From the NCBI GenBank assembly GCA_963702535.1, contig CAVPDG010000004.1, forward strand, positions 94,609-158,608: a DNA stretch of 64,000 bases, written 5' to 3'. A program made the position numbers and the translations under genes. Of this stretch, positions 41,920-49,842 are shown piece after piece. Each line of letters starts with the position of its first letter. Within the stretch, counting starts at the first letter, position 1. The notes under the pieces were generated by a model that searched no databases, had not been told where the DNA came from, and was given only the letters and a program-made list of their open reading frames with translations. The DNA comes from an uncultured Chloroflexia bacterium (GTDB lineage: Bacteria; Chloroflexota; Anaerolineae; Anaerolineales; UBA4823).

Positions 41920-42141
41920 CGCTTTTTCCCCCTTTGTACTGCTTCCTTCACCTGCGGTTTTTTCCTACAAAGACCAGGCCTCGCTCGGTTTGTTGAATTG
42001 CACCGCGGTTCCAGTTCGGGCGCGCAGCGCCTCCGGCAGCTCCTTCAGGTAGGTTGTTGGCAGGTCCGGCGAGAGATACACGGCTCCTTTGAATAGCTCC
42101 CTGTCATCTTTCAATACCCCTGTCCGGCGCGCCTCGTGCAC
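41920..42141. repeat. Right copy of the roughly 223-bp direct repeat (partner at 33923-34145)
   Basis: It covers the last roughly 58 codons plus about 45 nt of 3' flank of the intact radical-SAM gene. Confidence 0.85.
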
Positions 42142-43299
42142 GATATCCTGCAAACCTGTCCACAGGTACACGCCGATCGTCACCCACACTCCATTGGGGA
42201 TTTCATAATTGTCCAGCACACTCAGCGTCTCGGCGATGGTTTCGGGCGTCTCTCCCGGCGCTCCCAGCATCAGCGAGACCCCAAAGGGGATCTTTGACCG
42301 GCTCAGCGTTCCCAGCGCTTCCCGCACCTGCTGCGGTGTATAGCCCCGTTTCATCCGCTTCAGCATGCTCTCCGAAGCCGACTCGACCGAGAGATTGGCA
42401 TAGAAGCACCCCGATTCTTCCATCAGCCGGCAGAAGCTGTCCGTGATCTCGATCGGTCGCAGATCCCCGCTTCCCCATTGAAGTTCCGCTTTTTCCATGA
42501 TCAGTGCCCGCAGGATCGCTTCCGCGTGCTTGCGCGGCGCGTTGAAATTATTGTCGCAAAACATCACTCTGCGGCTACCCGTGCTCTCCAGGATGTGCCT
42601 GGCTTCAGCCAGCACCCGTTGTGGGCTTTTCAGCCGGTAGCGCTTGCCTTCTAGTTTGCTGTATGGGCAGTATGTACAGGCGAAGGCGCAGCCGCGTTTC
42701 GTCAGGATGGCAGGCGTGATCTTCCTCTGGGCATACGGCCCCCAATCCAGCAGGTCATAAGCCGGCAGAGCTTGCTGATCCAGATCTAGCACCGGGCGAG
42801 GGGGTGTCTCCTGGTAAATTCCATCCTTTCTTGCCACGCAGCCCGGCGCCGCGGTTAGATCCCCTCCCTCCACCATCAGTTTCAGGAATAGCGGAAAAGC
42901 ATCTTCCCCTTCACCGCGGATGCCGTAATCCAGATCCAGGTAATCCAGCCAGTCCCGCGCAAAGTAATTAAAGCCCGGTCCGCCCAGTACGATCCGGGCG
43001 GGCGAGACCTGGCGGATGGTATCGGTGATCTCCTTCACCCTCGGGCGCAGGTCGCTGTGCCGCGTCCCCAGAGGCGCTCCGCGGTCAACTGTGTCCCCAA
43101 ACACCAGCCGGATGGATACCCCTACCACGTCCGGTTGGAAAGCCTCCAGTCTGTTGCTCAATTCGCCCTTCAGGTCGTCGGCGAACAGCCGATCGTAGAT
43201 ATGCACTTCGTGTCCCGCCTGGCGCGCCGCTCCTGCCACGTAAACTGGCCCACTCGGAGCCGCAGGCTGTGTGTTGGATGATACGATAAGTACTTTCAT
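41965..43299 (-). CDS. B12-binding-domain radical SAM protein
   Basis: 444 aa. N-terminal Rossmann-like cobalamin-binding-type region (MKVLIVSSN...VVGVSIR...IVLGGPG). The radical-SAM cluster motif is RGCAFACTYCPY (CxxxCxxC). The start overlaps the upstream gene by 4 nt. Confidence 0.9.
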   Translation of the reverse strand: MKVLIVSSNTQPAAPSGPVYVAGAARQAGHEVHIYDRLFADDLKGELSNRLEAFQPDVVGVSIRLVFGDTVDRGAPLGTRHSDLRPRVKEITDTIRQVSPARIVLGGPGFNYFARDWLDYLDLDYGIRGEGEDAFPLFLKLMVEGGDLTAAPGCVARKDGIYQETPPRPVLDLDQQALPAYDLLDWGPYAQRKITPAILTKRGCAFACTYCPYSKLEGKRYRLKSPQRVLAEARHILESTGSRRVMFCDNNFNAPRKHAEAILRALIMEKAELQWGSGDLRPIEITDSFCRLMEESGCFYANLSVESASESMLKRMKRGYTPQQVREALGTLSRSKIPFGVSLMLGAPGETPETIAETLSVLDNYEIPNGVWVTIGVYLWTGLQDIVHEARRTGVLKDDRELFKGAVYLSPDLPTTYLKELPEALRARTGTAVQFNKPSEAWSL

Positions 43300-44132
43300 G
43301 CTCCACGCTTCTCGATTTCGAGTCGGTATTCATCCAGACCGTACCCGCTCTCGATCAATTCGATCAGTTTTCTTGTGAAACGCGTCGCCGGCGCCCCATC
43401 GATAACATCGTGGTCGAAGATGATCGTCAGGTTCATCAGCTCGCGCAGCGCGATCTTCCCTTCCACTTCTACCGGCTTGCGGGCGATGCCTCCCACCACC
43501 AGGTCGAGCACGTGCGAGCCGTTCGAGATGCCCCACCCGCTGTGCCCCTTGCCGAACATGCCCACCGATGAGATCCCCACCGTACCCGCCAGCGCCGTGA
43601 CGATCGTCGGGTCGCGGCGCTGCATCGTCCGGAAAGTGGACTTGAATAGGCTGGATAGCGGCCATGGCAGCAGCAGCGCCGAGCGGAACCAGGAGGCTTC
43701 TTTAGCTTCCGGGGTTTCCTGTCTCGCCTGCACCGCCCGGATCTCCTCGTGAATCTCGCTGAAGCTCTTGCGGTTGGCGCCTCGGATGACGTGCCCTCTC
43801 AGGATGAGTTTCTCCCCCTTCTTGAGCTCGATCATGAACCCCACGTCCACATCATCGAACATCACCACTTTTCTACGACCCTTCCGGTATGCCTGTACCG
43901 TTTTGTCCTCATCCACCGCTCGTGCCAGGCACCCGATCAGGTATCCTGTGAAGGAAAGCGTCTCGCCTGTGATGGCTTTGTATTCCTCGATGAAGTCCCT
44001 GGCGGTAGACACATCCACTTCCAAAAGGGCATACATGCTGTGCCGGTCCGCTTTTAGCTCCTGGAAAGCCGCCATGCCCCGCCGCTCTGCTGAGAGCTCA
44101 ACAACCTGGTAGGTTCCGCTTGTTTTATTCAT
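43296..44132 (-). CDS. Stand-alone 2-oxoacid-dehydrogenase E2-type acyltransferase catalytic domain (no lipoyl or subunit-binding domains)
   Basis: C-terminal active-site context LTIIFDHDVIDGAPATRFTRKLIELIESGYGL (the DHxxxDG motif of the CAT/E2 fold). The start MNKTSGTYQVVEL at 44132 was chosen by alignment with the paralog start MSTNTLTYQVVDL. The track ORF instead extends through the tandem repeat to 44207. Confidence 0.8.
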   Translation of the reverse strand: MNKTSGTYQVVELSAERRGMAAFQELKADRHSMYALLEVDVSTARDFIEEYKAITGETLSFTGYLIGCLARAVDEDKTVQAYRKGRRKVVMFDDVDVGFMIELKKGEKLILRGHVIRGANRKSFSEIHEEIRAVQARQETPEAKEASWFRSALLLPWPLSSLFKSTFRTMQRRDPTIVTALAGTVGISSVGMFGKGHSGWGISNGSHVLDLVVGGIARKPVEVEGKIALRELMNLTIIFDHDVIDGAPATRFTRKLIELIESGYGLDEYRLEIEKRGA

Positions 44133-44133
44133 T

Positions 44134-44208
44134 TTTGTTCCTCTCAAGTTTGATCCTCTCAAGTTTGTTCCTATCAAGCTTGTTCCTCTCAAGCCTGTTT
44201 GTGTCACG
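44134..44208. repeat. 15-bp tandem repeat, 4 good copies plus 1 degenerate, filling an intergenic spacer
   Basis: Plus-strand units: TTTGTTCCTCTCAAG (44134), TTTGATCCTCTCAAG (44149), TTTGTTCCTATCAAG (44164), CTTGTTCCTCTCAAG (44179) and CCTGTTTGTGTCACG (44194). On the coding (minus) strand each unit reads CTTGAGAGGAACAAR. Confidence 0.9.
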
Positions 44209-45718
44209 CTCGTTTACGATTTGCCCGCAAGATCAGCGCGCTGCGCAGCACAGCCCAGAGACCGGCAAAACTACCGCAGGACAGGGCGATGCACACATAA
44301 TCTGGTGCAAAGAGCCGCATGAACCCCCGCAGCTTGCCCAGCAAGGGCGCCAGTGTCAGCGCCGTAAGCAGGTTGGGGATGAACGGCAGCAGGATATACT
44401 GCCGCCACATCCGCCCGCGGCTGGGGCGCGAATCGGGCTGGCTGTTCCAGTGCTGCAGCAGCAGCGCTGTTGCAGCCACGCCCAGCATTTGCAGCGCCGG
44501 GATGAGCAGCATGCCCCGCATCACCCACGGCGCCGCGCCCAACATCTGCCGCGCAGGCGCCTCTCCCGCCAGCAATTGCGCTGCCAACATGCCCATCTCG
44601 TCAAATGTCATCTTCATCATCGCGTGGTTAGCATTGAAGAGCAATACGATACCTTTCCTTTGGTCAGGTACGAGCGCCATGAACGCCCCAAAGTCGGGGA
44701 CGACGCCGCTATGCGAGACGATCCTTGACCTGCCGGCCTCCTGGTCGATCCATCCCATGCCGTAGGACCCCAGCGCCATACCCATTTCCTTGATCTCTGC
44801 CGCTCCTCTATGCATCGCTTGAATGCCTGCTTCCGAGAGCAACTGTCTTCCTTTGTATCTCCCTCTGTTGAGCTGTGCGATCAGGTAGTGCGCCATGTCT
44901 TCGGCGCTGCAGATCAGCTGTCCGGAGGGCAGCGAGCCAGGTGGGACGCGCAGCTCGCCTGCGGCGACGGGAAATCCAAACCAGTAGCGGTGCCCCACCG
45001 CCAGCCCGTCCTGTTGCGCCGCGGCTTTCGATGTATAGCTATGCCGCATCTCCAGCGGATCGAAGATGTGTTTCTGGATATACTCGGCGTACGCCTCGCT
45101 GCTGGCAGCTTCCACGATCAGACCCAGCACGTTGTAGTTGGTGTTGCTGTACTCGAATTTCTCGCCCACCTTGCGCCTCAGCTTGAGCGTAGCCAGCGAG
45201 CGCACTTGCTTCTCGGTTGCCTCAGTTTGCTCCTCCAGGTCGCTGAGGCTTGCCAGTCCAAGCGACGTGGGCAAGCCGCTCGTCTGGTTGAGCAGGTGGC
45301 GCACCGTCATCTGCGCGGACGCCTGCGGGTCAGCCACGCAGAACCAGGGAAGGTAGCGCTGCACTGGGGCGTCTAGCTCCACCTTCCCTGCCTCCACCAG
45401 TTGCATCACCCCCAGCGCCGTGATCGACTTGGTCAGCGAGCCGATGAAAAAAGGCGTCTGTGGGTCAGGTGCCTCACCGCCCGGACTCCTCCGTCCGAAT
45501 CCCCGCAGGTGCGTGATCTGCTCCCCCTCCACGATCGCCAGCGCGACGCCCGGTATCTTAAATCGCCGCATTTGCTCTTCAACGAAGGCGTCAATGGTGG
45601 CGTAGTTCCTGCGGCTCGGCGCCGGATGAGCTGGGGCGTTTGCCGCGCGCAGCCGGTAAAGCACCCCCAATGCAGAGCAAGCCAGCAGAATCGGGAAAAG
45701 AAATGGTTTAATTCGCAT
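44204..45718 (-). CDS. Beta-lactamase-fold serine hydrolase with C-terminal TM helices
   Basis: 504 aa. Signal-like N-terminus, SxxK motif in FFIGSLTKSITALGVMQL, and a YSNTNY (YxN) motif. The last roughly 130 aa form several hydrophobic helices. Confidence 0.85.
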   Translation of the reverse strand: MRIKPFLFPILLACSALGVLYRLRAANAPAHPAPSRRNYATIDAFVEEQMRRFKIPGVALAIVEGEQITHLRGFGRRSPGGEAPDPQTPFFIGSLTKSITALGVMQLVEAGKVELDAPVQRYLPWFCVADPQASAQMTVRHLLNQTSGLPTSLGLASLSDLEEQTEATEKQVRSLATLKLRRKVGEKFEYSNTNYNVLGLIVEAASSEAYAEYIQKHIFDPLEMRHSYTSKAAAQQDGLAVGHRYWFGFPVAAGELRVPPGSLPSGQLICSAEDMAHYLIAQLNRGRYKGRQLLSEAGIQAMHRGAAEIKEMGMALGSYGMGWIDQEAGRSRIVSHSGVVPDFGAFMALVPDQRKGIVLLFNANHAMMKMTFDEMGMLAAQLLAGEAPARQMLGAAPWVMRGMLLIPALQMLGVAATALLLQHWNSQPDSRPSRGRMWRQYILLPFIPNLLTALTLAPLLGKLRGFMRLFAPDYVCIALSCGSFAGLWAVLRSALILRANRKRA

Positions 45719-45805
45719 CGGTCGGCTCTCCGTTTTGCTCCTTCTCAGAAGCTATCTTCCACTTTGGTGCATCCTGCCGGGTCCTCCAGCAGTGGATTAT
45801 TCGCC

Positions 45806-47116
45806 TTACTCCCCGCCGCCGCGCACCCACTCTAGCGTCAGCGCCAACACGTTAAAAAGCGGTTCTATCGACAAAACCTCTGGCGCATCCCACTTCTGAT
45901 GGTAGAAAGCAACCATCTGTGGTAGCTTGAAGCCAAGCAGCGTTGTAGCCTTAATGCCTGCCCGGCTAAAGGGTCCGGCGTCATTGGCGGTCCCGGGTAA
46001 GGCGGGCTGTACCTTGTAGGGGATCCCGGCGCGCTGCGCGGCTGCGATAACGCTTTCCACCATCTCGGCGGAGTTCTTAACTGTGCCGTTTGTCTCCGAC
46101 GTTAGGATGGTAATTTCTGCATGGGCGATCGTCTCGAAATTGAGCACCCGGGCATCCATGCGTTTTAGCTCATCCAGGTGGCGCCTGACGTAGCGCCGCG
46201 AGCCCCGATAACCGGCTTCCTCACTCCCGAACGAGATGAAGCGGATCTCAGTGTCTGCGGGTATGCATTCGGGGTGTTTCGCCAGGAACCTGCACATAGC
46301 CACAGCCAGGGCACAAGCCGAGAGATTATCCGCTGCCCCTGGCACAACGCCCCCGTTTTCCCTTCCCCGGGTGTAGAAAAACGCAAAGATCATCGAGGGC
46401 GCTACCGGATAAGCCAGCAATGCCCATCCCAATGTCCCCATGCGAACGATATCGGTGTTACCGGTGATCACACCCGCCAGTTGGATACCGCTCATCACCA
46501 GTATGCTGATCAATGCGAGTATCCATGTCACTGTGAGGATGAAGAACCCGTAACCCGTATACCGCAGCCAGGTGAATTCCAGGGCGCTGTCATGGTGCCC
46601 ACTCAGGATGAGCACTCGCTTCAACTGGCTGCTTTCAGGCTTGCGTAGCGTGCCGATGATATTCACGGACCTTTTCTTCTTGAAAAATCGATCGATCACT
46701 TCGTGACCGGTGAGGAACTCTAGAACGAACAGCAATACTGCGCTGAAAGAGAAAGTGAACGCAGCGGCTGCCATCGCCCAGGGCGAGGCTCCCGGGATGC
46801 GCCCGATGGAGATATTCAACAGGGCAGCAATCAGCATGAAACTTGTGCTGATGAGCTGCGCTCCTAAAAACGCTCCTGGAGCAAAGGTAAAGTCCTCAAC
46901 GGCGACGTTCTCAATACCCAGGTGCGCTTGTAGCTCTTGTTCAAGCATCCGCCCTCGCTCCCGCTCCTGGGGGCTGCCTGGCAGTCCCGGACCTACCTCC
47001 TGGCAGATTGCCGTCACAATCTCCAGGGAATAACGGGCGTCCTGCTCGCTGATAATCTCTGGCATGGGGCTGCCCTCTGGGAGAATCATCTCACCGCTGA
47101 CTTCTTGCCTCACCAC
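45806..47116 (-). CDS. M28-family metallopeptidase with membrane-spanning insertions
   Basis: Zn-ligand contexts: LILSGHHDS, PGAADNLSACA, FISFGSEEAGYRGS, YHQKWD. Hydrophobic helices lie before the catalytic domain and between the HHD and DN motifs. The start codon is uncertain (GTG 47116, ATG 47089 or ATG 47065). Confidence 0.75.
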   Translation of the reverse strand: MVRQEVSGEMILPEGSPMPEIISEQDARYSLEIVTAICQEVGPGLPGSPQERERGRMLEQELQAHLGIENVAVEDFTFAPGAFLGAQLISTSFMLIAALLNISIGRIPGASPWAMAAAAFTFSFSAVLLFVLEFLTGHEVIDRFFKKKRSVNIIGTLRKPESSQLKRVLILSGHHDSALEFTWLRYTGYGFFILTVTWILALISILVMSGIQLAGVITGNTDIVRMGTLGWALLAYPVAPSMIFAFFYTRGRENGGVVPGAADNLSACALAVAMCRFLAKHPECIPADTEIRFISFGSEEAGYRGSRRYVRRHLDELKRMDARVLNFETIAHAEITILTSETNGTVKNSAEMVESVIAAAQRAGIPYKVQPALPGTANDAGPFSRAGIKATTLLGFKLPQMVAFYHQKWDAPEVLSIEPLFNVLALTLEWVRGGGE

Positions 47117-48490
47117 ACGCCCTTCGCCCGTAGTTCCTGCATGGCGGATTTATGGGTCTCGATCAGCCGGGTGATGTCTTCATCGGTGTGCTCGGTGCAC
47201 ATGAACCCATGATGGGGCGGGATGTGCAGCCCGTTCTTGCGATACAACAGCCGTAAGCCAACACTGGCGAACGGATTTCCCCGGTGCGCATCGCGGACGT
47301 TGTTGATCGGTCCACGGGTGGCGTGCATCCAGAACATGGAACCAGCGCCGATGGCAAGCGCTGGATAATCTTCTTCCTGGGCAAAGCGGTTGATCTCAGC
47401 CCGGAAGCGGTCGCCCATGGCGTTAAGGCGGGTGTATAGCTGTGGCTCACGGCTCAGCCGCCGTAGTACAGCGGTCCCCGCCGCGATGACCAACGGGTTG
47501 CCATTGAAGGTGCCCGCCACCAGGATGGATTCCGGCTGTATATCGTATTCCATCAGGCGCATGGCTTCGGCGGTCCCACCCACGGCGCCTACGGGAATGC
47601 CGCCTCCAATGATTTTCCCGTAGGTACTGACATCCGGGATGACCCCGTAGAACTCTTGAGCTCCGCCCGGCGCCAGGCGGAAGCCGGTGATCACCTCGTC
47701 GAAGATGAGGAAAGCCCCGATCTCGTGGGTGATCCGGCGTAACTCGGTTAAGGAAATCCCTGCCAGCGGGTATCGAGCCCCCGGCGCCCTGCACGGGCTC
47801 GATGATCACGCCAGCCAGCCGGTCTGCATGTTGCCGGATTTTATCGAAGGCCGCGGGATGATTGAAGGGCAGGACAATGGTATCCTTCCAGGCGCCTTCC
47901 GCAAGTCCAGGGCTCTCGGGGATAGCGATGGGATCTTCGATGGGTCCAAACGAGCTGGCATTCGGGCTGGGTCGGCCGAGGCTGACGGCCAGCAGGTCAT
48001 GCGTGCCATGATACCCACCCTCGAACTTGGCGATGAGCGGCCGACCAGTGGTGGCACGCGCCAGCCGGCAGGCATACATGGTCGCCTCGCTACCCGAGTT
48101 GCACAGGCTCACCTTATCTACACCCGGCACCATGTCGCAAAACAGCCTGGCAAACTCATGCTCGTGCACATGGCACTGACCATAATGTGTCCCGTCTGGC
48201 AGCGCCTTCCGGATTGCTTCTTGAACATCGTCTGGCGTGTTGCCGAGGATCATGGTCGAGAAGCCAAGCATGAAGTCCAGGTATTCATTGTCATCCGCAT
48301 CCCAAATCCTGGCGCCTCTCGCCCGCTTAACCACCATTGGGAACGGGTCTGCCAGCCGGAAGATGCTGCCCACGCCCCCCGGCATCACCGTGCGGTTACC
48401 CTGCCAGATGGCTAATGACTTCGGGCATTTCGCCATGATCTCGCTGCGATAAGCGTTGAGCAGCTCCTCGACCCTTGCCTTGGCAACCAT
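47110..48490 (-). pseudogene. Class-III aminotransferase (glutamate-1-semialdehyde aminomutase-like); one frameshift
   Basis: 47447..48490 is good through ...VIIEPVQGAGGSIPAGRDFLN. 47110..47694 continues with ELRRITHEIGAFLIFDEVITGFRLAPGGAQEFYGVIPDVSTYGKIIGGG (PLP lysine context). The shift is at about 47745-47750. Confidence 0.85.
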
Positions 48491-48511
48491 CTTCTACACT
48501 CCTTCCCCGTA

Positions 48512-49343
48512 CTATTCTGTTCTCACTATTCCCAACTCTCCATCCAGCCCGTACCCGCTCTCGATCAGCTCCACCAGCCGGCGCACAAAGCGCGTGGCAG
48601 GACCGCCATCAACAATATCGTGGTCGAAGGATACGGTCAGGTTGAGGATCTCGCGCGGCTCGATCCGCCCATCCACGACGATTGGTTTCCAGGAGATGCT
48701 TCCCACGACCAGGCCGAGCGGATGGAGGGTGGGGCTTATCCCCCAGCCGCTGTGGCCCCCACCGAACATACCCACTGATGTAAGCGCGACCGTGCCTCCC
48801 ATCGACACGGCAATGGTTGGATCGCGGCGGCTGTTCATTCGGATCAAGGCGATAACCAACCTGGATAAAGGCCATGGCAGCAGCAAGGCCGAGCGGAACC
48901 AGCTGGGCATCCCTCTGCCCGGCGGTACTGGCTCGGTCTGCACCCTGCGAATCTCGTCATGGATTTCCCGGTAGGTCTTGCGGTTCGCAGCCCGGATGGT
49001 ATGTCCCATCAACGCGCGCTTCTCGCCAACCTGCCGTTCAACCATCAAGCCAACGTCCACATCGTCAAACAGGATGAGTTGTTTGTTACCCTTCCGGTGA
49101 GCCTGGATTGTTTTATCCTCGTCTACCGCTCGTGACAGGCAGAAAGTTAAGAAGCCAGCGAAGGACAGCTTCTCGCCGGTGTCCCTCTCGTGCTCCGCAA
49201 TCATCTTCCGCACGATCGTAACATCCACTTCCAATAAACCGTATATCGTGTGAGCCGGCCAGGACAGTTCTCAGCGCGTTCATCCATACGCGGCGCCCCG
49301 CTGGTAGATCTACGACCTGATAGGTTAAGGTGTTCGTGCTCAC
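48512..49343 (-). pseudogene. Second stand-alone E2-type acyltransferase catalytic domain (paralog of 43296..44132); one frameshift
   Basis: The GTG start gives MSTNTLTYQVVDLPAGRRVWMNALRTVLAGSH. The frame then changes at about 49247-49251 to ...TIYGLLEVDVTIVRKMIAEHERDTGEKLSF...LTVSFDHDIVDGGPATRFVRRLVELIESGYGLD. Confidence 0.75.
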
Positions 49344-49385
49344 CGGTTATTTCCTCCAGTAGAGCCGTCCGTAATCTGCCCTTGC

Positions 49386-49829
49386 TCAGCACAGCCGGAT
49401 GCGGATCATCACCGCAGTCTGCGCTGCCTTCTCTACTTCTTGTGCCTTTGGTTCTCCGTGGTCGTCGAAAGTCACCTGGTAATACCTGGCATCACTGGGC
49501 ACCTTGCGCAGGTGGGCTGCCAGACCGGCTGCCACAGCTTGCTTGTCTTCGGCGACCGGCTGGGCCAGCCCTTGAAGCTCCCGTCCCCGGATGCGCAGGG
49601 TAACCGGCGCCCCGCCGCGCAGGTTTTTCCACCAGCCGCCATGAGTGAATACGGTCACCTGATCGCCGTCTTGCGAGTAGTCGACCGGGGTGGTGTAGGT
49701 CTTGCCGCTCTTGCGCCCGGTGAAGGTGATCAACAGAACGGTTTTGCTCACTATCCCGTGGGCGGGAGAGCGGAGGATGAGTTTCATGGTTTTATTGACG
49801 AACGGTGGAATAGTTGGTGTTTCGGACAT
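49386..49829 (-). CDS. Small split-barrel protein, possibly an F420H2-dependent quinone/nitro-reductase family member
   Basis: 147 aa. LITFTGRKSGKTYTTPVDYSQDGDQVTVFTHGGWWKNLRGGAPVTL resembles the deazaflavin-dependent nitroreductase family. The assignment is from memory only. Confidence 0.5.
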   Translation of the reverse strand: MSETPTIPPFVNKTMKLILRSPAHGIVSKTVLLITFTGRKSGKTYTTPVDYSQDGDQVTVFTHGGWWKNLRGGAPVTLRIRGRELQGLAQPVAEDKQAVAAGLAAHLRKVPSDARYYQVTFDDHGEPKAQEVEKAAQTAVMIRIRLC

Positions 49830-49842
49830 TTCAGCCTCTTTC

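Noticed and set aside
44133-44207. Reading the 15-bp repeats as a pentapeptide-repeat N-terminus (MTQTGLRGTSLIGTNLRGSNLRGTK) of the acyltransferase
   Set aside because: The paralog at 48512..49343 begins exactly at the position aligned with the ATG at 44132 and has no such tail. The last repeat also provides a well-spaced ribosome-binding site for that ATG. This is not fully excluded, because the GTG at 44207 overlaps the upstream stop.
44134-44208. CRISPR-like array
   Set aside because: The units are only 15 bp and directly abutting with no spacers. No cas genes are nearby.
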